A stretch of DNA of 64,000 bases, taken from Rhodosorus marinus CCMP1338 (Eukaryota; Plantae; Rhodophyta). A program made the position numbers and the translations under genes. Under the pieces are notes generated by a model. It did not search any database. It had not been told where the DNA came from and worked only from the letters and a program-made list of their open reading frames with translations. Below, one piece after another: positions 48,804-59,400 of the stretch; positions within the stretch are counted from its first letter, which is position 1, and every line of letters begins with the position of its first letter. The DNA lies in NCBI GenBank assembly GCA_029953675.1, contig JAMWBK010000009.1, positions 186,001 through 250,000 on the forward strand, in the 5' to 3' direction.

Positions 48804-49097
48804 GGCCATGTCTGGCCAACAAACTATTTCATAAAATCACATAGCGAAGCGACGTATGAAAAATATTTCAATATGAAAAATATTTTGTGGCCAGGTTTGA
48901 ACCCGTGAAATTTTGCAGTTTACAATGTTTTAAATATTCCCATTTTCTTCAGACAGTTTTTGATGTCCCGGAGCCGCCTCCCTGGCAGGGGAAGGCTTCC
49001 CTGAGCGCTGAATTTTCCCTAATTCTTAAGTTGATTATGTTTCTGGCCGTTGGGCAACTATAGAATAATGAAAATAAATATATGGCCAATATTGGCC
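48804..49097. promoter_or_regulatory. Two palindromic GGCCA-N4-TGGCC sites (48804, 49084) upstream of HAD copy 3
   Basis: GGCCATGTCTGGCC and GGCCAATATTGGCC in AT-rich DNA. Confidence 0.55.
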
Positions 49098-49385
49098 AGC
49101 GGGAAAGCCTCTAGAGGACAGCATATTTGGATATTGTAATATGAAACAAATTATACGGCCATAGATCGGTTGAACTTGGCCCGGTAAATAATTTTAAAAT
49201 TCATGGGCTATCCTTGATTGCAGTCATGTTTTAAATCAATCCTATTCAACAAATGTTGGAGAAAAAAAGAGAAATTTTATGGTAGAGTCCATTTTGAGAG
49301 CGTTTGAGGCAAGGTAGAGGTGACGATAGACAAGATTCTCTGACTTGGGTATCGCGGAGAAGAGCATCCGCGGACCTCCGCAAGA

Positions 49386-49394
49386 GTATAAATA
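49386..49394 (+). promoter_or_regulatory. TATA-like GTATAAATA upstream of HAD copy 3
   Basis: Same 9-mer as at copies 1 and 2. Confidence 0.5.
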
Positions 49395-49502
49395 GGTCAG
49401 TTTCGACATGCTGAAGCCATCGCTGGCAAGTCTCCAGAGTAAGAGCATCGGAGGAGAGGAGAGATTGTCCGTGGCTAATAGTTGATTGAGACAAGTATCA
49501 GG

Positions 49503-50513
49503 ATGGCTTTCTACGTGAAGAGGAATACTACGATCGAATCCATTGCGGTTCACTCGAAGAAGGTTAGGAGTATACCAAGTCATAGACCGCATGTGCAGTA
49601 CGTCACATGCGATGTTGATGGGACGCTGCTGAATAGCAAGCATAACGTTGACCCAAGAGTCGAGGAGGCGATTATCGAGACGCTGGCATGTGGTGTCAAG
49701 TTTGTCTGTGCTAGTGGCAAGTCCCGACAGGGCGTGCTGAACAGTGTAGGCCCTACGATTGAGGAGCACCTGCGCAAGGCCTACGGTGGCCAGGTGCCCG
49801 GAGTATTCCTGAACGGCCTGATTGTGTATGGGCTGAAGGGAGAGATTGTATACGAGAAGACGGTGCCGGAGAGCACGAGCTGGAAGATTGTGAACAAGGC
49901 GCGCGAGCTTGGGATGACGCTTGTTGCGTACAACGAGGACCGAATCCTGTGCGAGAAGTTTGACGCAGAGACGGAGAAACTTCGCCCGTACAAGGAACCA
50001 CACCCGGAACCTATCGGAAAATGGGAGAACGTGATCGGAAAGGTTCCACTGCACAAGTTCATGTTCCTTGCACCAGTGGAAGAGTGCAAGAAGTACCGTG
50101 GAGAGATCGACATATTGATGGAGGGTGAAGCGAAGGTGACCCAGGCGATTCCCGACATGATCGAAATCTTGCCCGGACAGGGGTCAAAGGGTGCTGGGGT
50201 GGAAATGTTCCTGGACAGCTTTGGAGGGAAATTTGACAACCTCCTAGCTCTTGGAGACGCTGAAAACGACCTGGAGATGATGGAAATGGCAAAGTACGGA
50301 GTAGCGATGGGGAATGCTATGCCATGCTTGAAGAACGTTGCCAAGGACGTAACGAAAACGAACGACGAGGCTGGTGTAGCTCATGCGTTGAACCGCTACG
50401 TGCTGAGGAACAACTCTCTGAACGGATTGTCATCCAGCTTGTATAACAGAGTAGAGCTGCCACAAATGGTTCCCTCCAAGAAGAACGAGACGATACAACT
50501 CAAAATCATGTAA
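49503..50513 (+). CDS. Cof-type HAD-IIB phosphatase, copy 3, intronless, with divergent termini
   Basis: Core nearly identical to copies 1 and 2; N-terminus MAFYVKRNTT and C-terminal tail diverged. Confidence 0.92.
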   Translation: MAFYVKRNTTIESIAVHSKKVRSIPSHRPHVQYVTCDVDGTLLNSKHNVDPRVEEAIIETLACGVKFVCASGKSRQGVLNSVGPTIEEHLRKAYGGQVPGVFLNGLIVYGLKGEIVYEKTVPESTSWKIVNKARELGMTLVAYNEDRILCEKFDAETEKLRPYKEPHPEPIGKWENVIGKVPLHKFMFLAPVEECKKYRGEIDILMEGEAKVTQAIPDMIEILPGQGSKGAGVEMFLDSFGGKFDNLLALGDAENDLEMMEMAKYGVAMGNAMPCLKNVAKDVTKTNDEAGVAHALNRYVLRNNSLNGLSSSLYNRVELPQMVPSKKNETIQLKIM

Positions 50514-51066
50514 CAACACTAATTATTTTGCTCGTTAAGAGGACTTCTCCTCTCACACCAGGACAAGAACGTGTGCGTATTTCCGCGGCGAAGCAAACCA
50601 TGTTTTGTACAAAATAATTGATCTGGACATTTTATTCCCAACCTATTCTCCCTTCAACGGAGAGAATAATAATATTAAAACGAAACACTACTTTTCCACA
50701 TCAGCAACAAGTACCTGTTCTTCAAACTATCTACAACTGCCTGACGGCAGTTCATGTTAAGAGCGGATTGCATGATATGGTTTGCTACTAGTTGACTTGG
50801 TCGAATAGTCTCTTCCTTACCCAACATAACGCGCACCAGGGAAATGCCAAATTCCCCGAACTCCCGACATTCAGACATCAATTTCCAATACCCTCAAAAG
50901 CTACCTTAAAACTTGATAAGCACCATATTGACTTTTATGCGAAATTCATCGTTCAATTGATAATCAGCAATATGCGAAACAGCCAATGAATAACTTCCAC
51001 GAGAAAAATATCTAAAACTATCTTAGCAATCAATATCGACACATTGCTTCCGCTCAAATCACTTTT

Positions 51067-51112
51067 CCCTCATGGACATGCGAAGAGCCCTCATGGACAT
51101 GCGAAAAGCCCT
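51067..51112. repeat. 21-bp tandem repeat (x2.2)
   Basis: CCCTCATGGACATGCGAAGAG / CCCTCATGGACATGCGAAAAG / CCCT. Confidence 0.8.
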
Positions 51113-52855
51113 AGCTATGGGCATCGATCCTCCTATCGACTTGTGTATGAATGAGCTGAACCTTCGAATTGGTTTTAAGGATTCCTATGTACGAAGAGGC
51201 CCCGTTTGATAGCCAGATATCGCATAGACCGCGACTTTGCTGCTGTGTGTAGTCTAGCATCGTGAACACTACATCGGCGTTTGCGGCGCCCTCGGAAACC
51301 CACAATGAACCACCCTCCTCCCGATGGGCCAATGCCAACCCTGCCGGTTAGGATCCACTCTCTGTCTAGAACGTTGTTTAATGCCGTGGAGGCTTAAGCA
51401 TGAGTCCGCTTTTTCAGTCTGCAAACGAACGTGTTGAACATTCTTCACGTACGTGCCCCCGCCCAAGTCGTTATCTCGGCCTCTACTGCGGTTTCGAGGA
51501 CGCAAGCTGGCGCTCTCTGGATGGAGAATATGTTCACGGCTGTACAGCTCCTGGGCTGGCTAGAAAATTTGATTTGCTCTGTCAAGAATTTACTGGATCG
51601 GTGGGAAGTTGCACTAGACTTGGACGATATATTTCAAGCGGAGCGTTTCAAGTTTCTAGACCTGTTTGGATCTCTTGACCAGCGAAAGACTCATGATTCA
51701 CAGACACATGGATGCCGTTGAATACAAATTCATAGAAAAAAGTGCTAAACGAGCAACAGGGTTTTGATTCCTCCAATGAAGAGCGAATCTGGTGGAGCAT
51801 GGAAACCTAAGCTGCATACGTCTGAAGCTCAAGTTCGATGTGAATCGCCTCTGGTACTTTAGCGACTCCACAGATCATCTGGCATTGCACTCTACTGCCT
51901 GTCACTGGGGATACGCCTTCAGTAGTTTGCTTACCGCACGCTCTGCGCTTTTAGAGTGAAGGACGAGTCTTGAATAGAAAGCTGAAACCCACTCACAAAC
52001 CCCGGGACTTGAAAATGTGCTTACGACAATAAACATCAAGATTCGTGGGGCTCGAAGTTTTAAGGCTGGAGGATTGGAAGTTGTTAGAAATCAGAGCATC
52101 ACGCCAACAACATTGGCCTTTGGGAGATTCGGTTCTTCAACACCTGCTGAGGGATTTCGCAACCAACCCGATAAACTAACTCATCTGGATCGATTCAAAA
52201 TGTTCCACTAACTAGATACATTTGTTCGCGCCATCTTGTACGACACCATAGCAGCTGGGATCAGTTTTTCTCCTTCCGGGAACTGAATCCTGTCACGAAC
52301 AAAGTAAACAATAGTCCTTCAGAACAACGCAGTTCATAACGACTCGAGGGGTACGCTCACGGCGTGCAACGTAGCGATCGCCTATACTACAACCAAACAA
52401 GCACGATCAGTAACTATTAATCCACATACCAAGCCACTTAGCGACGCAGGAGATCAAAGCTAACTGCCTCCAGTCTCCCCCACTCTTGTTGCTTGATCAG
52501 CTACTTAGTAAAAACCTACCTAGTTTTCCAATATTTAGTCCATTCACCACCTATTAATCAGCTTTTATGTATTTTACGCAATAAATACGTCCTATTTTGG
52601 AATAATTAGAACAATATATCTATACTTTAGAATGTTTAATTGCCTAAATGCTTTTATCGGGAAGAGGATGCTGCGAATGTGGATAATGAATGAGTCATGT
52701 GGCCGACGCTGAATGTTCGGGTAGGAAGAGGATTTGAAGGAAACGGATGAAGAGTTTAGGAGGTTTTGAGAGGGAGTTTAGGGATAGGAAGGAGGAATTT
52801 GACTTGAAATTTTTAGAAGAAGGGCTTGGATTTAGGGAGTGTGGCTTACGGAGGG

Positions 52856-53873
52856 ATGTCGACGGTGGTTGAATGGATAGTTTGGCTGTTTGAGATCGAT
52901 TCGGATCGGATTTGGCATGTTGAAGCAGTTCGATTTTCGGTTTGGTTGTTTATTTGGAGTATAATCTCAATCATTTGTGACTGTGCGGTAGCTCGGTGGT
53001 CTGACTCGAAGCGATGTTTCCTGAATCCGAGTGTGAAGGAAGGGTTCCGCGCTACGGCTGGATCGTATATCACGTCGCTCGTACATTCACTCCTTGTATC
53101 TTTCCGGGGCATAGATCATATTAGGAGAACACTTCCCCTTCCTATGGACGTTCGGATACAACCACCGCTCAATGTAGATAGCTTTGACAGCGAGGCATGG
53201 CTTGGGCCGCTGAAGACCAATCGAATATTTATGGCCTATCTCCTTATCGACATGGTGAGAGTGATCATCGCATGGCCAAAGCTCGGACAGTACGATTTTA
53301 TTTTTCACCATCTAGGATTCATGAGCGTAAGAAAGACGAAACGAACAACAACAACGTCAACAAGCTTTTCCTAAATACTGAAGAAAACCAACGTCTTCTC
53401 CAACTACAACAACCAGGTTTCCATAGTAGGCGCAACAACGATCTCAGCACCCTTTCAATTCGGCTGGCTGATTGTTGGAGAAGTATCCACCATCTTCCTC
53501 AACAGCCGATGGTTTCTCATCAAGCTCGGATATGGGGCAACTCCGGTAACCATCACACCCAACCCCAACCAATGCTCTGCTTTTTCTTTTTCTTTTTCTT
53601 CTCAAATTTAGACTCTAACTCCGTACACAGATCATGACTGCAGCCAACATCCTCTTCGCACTCAGCTTCTTTATCTTCAGAATTGTCATCTACACCTTCG
53701 GGGTCTATGAACTGTACTATTCCTCTCAATACTTGACCAGACCAAACTTGGTCGGTAGATGTATGCTCATCGGAGGTATCCTCATTGGATATGTACTTAA
53801 CATCTTCTGGTTTAAGAAGATTGCTCTGCTTGGCTTCTCCAAGAACCAGAAGGAGAAGGGTAAGACGACCTAG
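52856..53873 (+). CDS. TLC (TRAM/LAG1/CLN8)-domain membrane protein; exons 52856-53326, 53417-53545, 53631-53873 (280 aa)
   Basis: YLLID..FIFHH, GEVSTIFLNSRWFL, FFIFRI and LNIFWFKKI TLC hallmarks. Two phase-0 introns. Confidence 0.85.
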
Positions 53874-53929
53874 AACAAGTATTCCACAAAAACGTCTTGT
53901 GAGAAATTTCTGGAGCAGGAGGGCGAGAG

Positions 53930-53932
<3 letters not shown>

Positions 53933-53962
<30 letters not shown>
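53933..53962. repeat. (GA)15 microsatellite between the convergent TLC and SDR 3' ends
   Basis: Read directly from sequence. Confidence 0.95.
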
Positions 53963-53967
<5 letters not shown>

Positions 53968-54015
53968 GAGGGGAGTGGATTGATTAAGCACCAGCGAGGT
54001 TTGTTGATCTTTTTC

Positions 54016-55040
54016 TTAAGAGAGATCACTGTACGTAGCTTGAGTGAGAGTCTCAAGCTCTTCCCATAGTTTTCGACGCACTTGTTCGTCATAGGTACTA
54101 AGCGCTGCTTTGGTTTCGCGTCTTGAGACGAAGTATTTTCCACTGACGCCTTGGAGACTTGGGTCAGTCGCTAGAAATGTCTCGTTGTTGGCACTGGAAA
54201 CGTCTATCCCGACCCTACCCCAGCCCGCCAGGAGCATCTTCGTATTGACTGTTCCTGGATCACATGCATTAACTGTAACTGTGCTGCCTCGAAGACGATC
54301 TGCGAGCTCATTCCTGTGAGTGATTAGGGAGGCGAAGAATAAAATAGTCAGGATTAACAAAAACGATCGAAATCCACGTTCTTCCGGAATGGACCTTGGG
54401 TAATGGACTCAAGCCATCATCCTTACGTAAATGCAATCAAACTGAGCTTCGATAACCCGTACGCTCCATAGACGTCATATCCAGATTCATGTTGGAGGTT
54501 ATCAAAGTCAATCTCGCCGCCTCTCCTTCCCGCTCCCCCTTGCATATGGGAGATCGATGCAACGTTGACAACCCTGGCTGCAGGGGCGGCCTTTAGTGGC
54601 TTCATCAGCAATGACGTCAACAAGAACGGAGCCAAGACGTTCACTGTTAAACAGCCGATGCCCATTGGTCAGTAACACGAGATCATCCACTGAAAACCAT
54701 CTTTCGGCGCATACATACCAGCAAATGTCATCTCATAGCCATCGGCGGAGGTCCTTCTCTCCATCTCAAATACTCCGGCGTTGTTGATAAGCACATCTAT
54801 CTTGCTGTTCCTTTCCGATACCTCCTCGGCCAACCTCCTCACCTGAGCCAGCTCAGCGAAATCAGCTATATACTCCTGAACAGCCCCGCCCTCGCTCTTA
54901 ATCATCTCAGAAGCAGCCTTCACTTTCTCCGGATTCCTTCCATGTAGCAACGTTACATAACCCATCCTCGCCAGATTCCTCAACGTATGAAGTCCAATCC
55001 CATCAGTTGAACCAGTAACCAACGCAACCTTCTCACTCAT
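54016..55040 (-). CDS. Short-chain dehydrogenase/reductase (retinol dehydrogenase/WWOX-like subgroup); exons 55040-54719, 54643-54427, 54313-54016
   Basis: VTGSTDGIG, LINNAG, RVVNVAS, YGLSK catalytic motif, DPGTVNT, SGKYF. Introns are phase-consistent. Confidence 0.92.
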
Positions 55041-55233
55041 TCTTGATAGCACTCGTACTTGTCTAAACCGAACCCTTGATCCTTGAATTCCTAAACCTGA
55101 GAAACATAAGTCCATCTCTTACTATAGAAAGCCCTCAAGTTCAATCCAACATCAACTCGATCTCTGCGGCCCGACTGATTCTATATCTCCACATCCCCTC
55201 CGCTTGTATGCTCCTCCTTTCAGCTCCCCTTAA

Positions 55234-55862
55234 CTTTGCTCTCGAGAAGAAGACGGTGAGTGACAATGAACAAAGACTTCTTCCAGAAACTATAAATTTT
55301 TTTTGTTTACGACGACGTCGTCTATACCCGATGACTTTCTTTCGGATCGTGAACAGGACCATTGAAGTGATTCGGTGTCTTTGTTTTGGAGGAATTCGAT
55401 GAACAGAAACTCCCTTTCACGTAGGTTATAAATGTTCCAAATCGAACGGTCGTAACCACAGCTCTGTGTGTTCCCCATGGAGATCCAGATCATCGCTTCT
55501 CGATGATTAAGGGTCGATAATAAATCTCCGCTGAGATTTGAACTGTTCCCAAACAACTTTGCTCGTGAAGAAGACGATGACTAAGAAGCTACTATGGTCT
55601 TCATGAGAACTCCCGTTCTCGTAGGTCGTCATCAACGCAACTTACTAATTTTCCGGTGATGAAGAGGACCATGCAAATGATTCGGTATCAGTTTGGAGAA
55701 ACCTCGTGAATAGAAGCTTCTTTCTTCCCAACTGAACGTAAACGTCGATGGTACCCACAGCTCGGCGGGGAGAACCAGACCATCGCTTCTGGATGAAGCC
55801 GGAAACTATTAAATACCTGCGGAGGTTTGAACAGTTCCCAAGTGACCTTGCTCGTGAAGAAG
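55234..55862. repeat. Diverged tandem duplication, period about 290-320 bp
   Basis: Shared blocks such as CTTTGCTC..GAAGAAGA (55234, 55557, 55847), AGGACCAT..TGATTCGGT and CCACAGCTC..CCAGA.CATCGCTTCT.GATGA. Confidence 0.7.
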
Positions 55863-56456
55863 GCTATCCAAAATTGGTCGCCTGGACATTAAACACTCAG
55901 TAGGAGCGCAAATTCTCGAGGAAAGGATTCTGAAAGGTATGTGAACTTATAATTCGGGAGCACAGGGGCCTGAGAATCCTGGCAAGGACCTTTATTCGAA
56001 GAACTCAAGTTGCCGCACTCTTTGTGCTTCCACGTAAAGGATAGATTGAGCATTGATCTCGAGTTCAAGCGCGTTTACCTTCGACCTGAGGATGACAAGC
56101 AATTCAACTCCGACGAATCCTCCAAATATGTGGAGGTCAGCCTCCCTGCATCGGAGCTACACATCTGACAACGGTCTCTTATTGTAGTATTCTAGACCTT
56201 AGGCATCTTCCCACCAGACAGAGTTACAAGCATCCCGAAAGCTGTGAGCACAGTCATCGGTAGTAAAAGCACTACAACCTAATTGACTAGGTCGCAGCTG
56301 TGTACCCAAGCAAGGCGACCCAACGTCTGAGTACGAACGTATTTGCGGGCAACGAACGACAGCTCAAGATAAGTCCTTTCCATTGCGATCCACAGTAGAT
56401 ATGAGGGGTAGATCATCTAAAACTGTTCATCACAAGTTGACAGTGTAGATCATGCA

Positions 56457-59400
56457 TCAGCCACATAGTTCCGTCTTCGAAGAGAACAAAGCCATGCTGT
56501 CACCTTCACCTCGAAAACGCTCACCTATATCAATCTCATCATCCGCAACGTCTGGGAGTAGTTTCCTCTCTTCTGTTGAGCTGTAAGGCGACTTTGCAAC
56601 GGTCGAGACCATGTGCGTTAAATTTCCAGCCTCTTCATAATCCTGTCCGTCATAGACCTTCGCGTGGCGTGTTCTTAGGGATGCTGACGCAGCTTCTGCA
56701 AGAGTTTTATCCCCTCCAGTATTGACCCTCGCCATCCTATTGAGGAAATATAACCGGAAAGAACCCATACAATACATTACGTTTTCGACGAGTGACGAAG
56801 CGCACCAAACCAAGTAGAGTGGGTTGGCAAGTCCGGTCTCACCTGAAGACACGGTCTTCGGAGTGTTCCAGGTCGACGGGCATTAAGTATGAACATGACA
56901 GCTTGTTAAGTTTTTCCACCATTCCACGAAGCTGCGACTTCCACTCCTCCTTGCCCGTCTTTGACTTATTAAGTTCCTCGATCCAATCCACAGACTCGTT
57001 GTTCACTATAGCATTTCGCATATCAACATACGCGCGACGCACTACTTCCTTTCGCGACATTTCATCGCTCGAGGCTCGCTGCTGTAGTTCTTTCTGAATG
57101 GTAGCTACTGCACAGACCTGCGTCAGATCCGCTTGGCTTCCACGAGCCATGCTTCGCATCTTCCCCGCCATGGTGGGTCCGAGTTCATCAATGAGGCTGG
57201 AGAATATTGAATTGGGGTCGCTCAAGAGAGCGATCGGTGTGTCAAACTCCCGAACACGCCCGGCGTCCAGGACGAGGATCTTGTCGTAGGTTATGATGGT
57301 GTTGATCCGATGCGCGATTGTCAACGTGGTCACATCCTTGAACTCCTTAGCCAGTGTTTCCTGTACCCGTTGGTCCGTTTCAATATCAACACCGGACGTT
57401 GCTTCGTCCAGAACCAGTATAGACGTATCACGTAGCAGTGAGCGACCGAGGCAAAGCAGTTGCCGTTGCCCAACTGACAAGTTCGATCCACCTTCAGAAA
57501 CCTGAGCATCCAGTCCACTACCAGCTGCTGCAACAAGCTCGTCAAGTCCTACTGTCCGTAATGCTCGCCAGAGCTCCTCGTCTCCTCGCTCCTCGAAGGG
57601 GTCCAGATTATTCCGGAATGTTCCCGAAAAGATTAATGGTTCCTGAGGCAAAATGTTGAGCGAACCTCTGACGTCGCGGAGAGCCACGTGGTTGGTATCG
57701 ACGTCATCAATTACTACCGAGCCCTGATCCAAAGGAGTCAGCCTGAAAAGTACGTTGACCAGGGACGATTTACCGGCCCCGGTCCTGCCACAGATGCCGA
57801 TCTTTTCCCCTTTCTGAACCGTGAAATTTATGCCGGAGAGCACGGGCGGCAGATCAGCACGATAACGCATGGTTATGTTGCTAAAAACGATCTGCCCTTG
57901 ACGCGGCCACGACTTTTTGACGGATTGCAGACGCCTCTTGGTCTCAGGAGGTTCTTCTTGAGGGACACCAGTCGAAGAAGAGTACTCGCCAATTCTCTCG
58001 ACTGCACTCATCTGACTCTCCATATCTGTGAACGTTCTAATAACCCAGGTCAAGCTCGTCGTAAGTTGCAACGCGTACGACAGCATGAGACCTGCCATAC
58101 AACAAAAGAAAGAGCACAACACGAACAGGAAGAACAAAAAAAAAAAAATCATCAGCATCTCGGGGACAATGCTAGGTCATCCCATTCTCTTAATTCGTCC
58201 TCGAACACGGCAATCGCACCAGCAAAAGCAGGATCAAGCCGCTTCCCTCCCACTACGGCCAGAAGCGTCACACAGAAGACAAGCCCGATGGACATAAGCT
58301 CCAACCGCGTTGACAGCCATCGATTCGCACACAAATTCGCAAAGCTAACGAGCGCGTTGAGGTCCACCATCTCCTGGTTCAACTTCTGAGCCCTCCATAT
58401 CCGACCGTACGCCCTAAGCGTCACCAAGCCATCCAAAGTCTCTGTGAAGTGATTGTAGAGCGGTGACCGTACAATCGCCTCTAGACGCCTCAGGTCCACG
58501 CTACTCTTGCGGTAGAAATCCTGTGCTATGTAGTAAAAGTATCCGGAGGCCTTTCCACAACAAGAAAGAACATAAACGAAGAAGCGCTCCAGAACTTAGT
58601 GATCTTGCATCCGCGTCAAGAAAACGGTCAGGACGGGAGAGACTCGCAGCTTACGAGCATTGGCAAGACGAATAGTGGGACTCCAGTAACGATGAGGATG
58701 AGAATTCCCGCAAGATTGAGGAACTGCCGAAGGAGCCCTTGGATAGACTGCATGAGAGTGGAATCTATTTTGTCGATATCTGCATTGAATCGATTGATTA
58801 GACGTCCAGTGGGAGTTGCGTCAAACCAAGCCATTGGAGCGCCAAGCACGTGGAGAAGCATCTTGTAATGCATCGTTCGGGAAGCAGTGATCCCAGCGAA
58901 CGCCAAGGAGATGGACGCTCTACGTAGGGCGGAAAATTCAGAAGAGTTAGTAATTCTACCACGGCTTAAGTGTTCCATTCGCATGTGAACCGGACTTACA
59001 GGCCCGCGGCAACTACCGAGAACGCTCCCAAGAGCGCGTATCCAGATAGGTAGAAACCCGAGCCCGGGTCAGGTTGAATAACTTGGCTTGACCAAATACT
59101 GAGCCAGTATGTTGATCCTATGTTGAAAGCCTGCGACAATGCCATGAGGGAAACCAAGAGGAAACCCACGAGCGGACCACCGAACGCACTTACGTACAGC
59201 CCGTAGTCCCTCAATCGTACCCGTCCTGCGGAACACCAGAAACAATACCCTGGTAAGCAGCTTGGTAAACTCAGAGATCATACCCCATCTACGCCCTACC
59301 CGTTTCCCGCTTCTCAACACCAGTAAGATGTCCATCTCCCGATTGGGTCGCCGCACTCTCGGTCTCGTCTGGCTTCGTCTCGTCTTTGGCGTCCGTTTCA

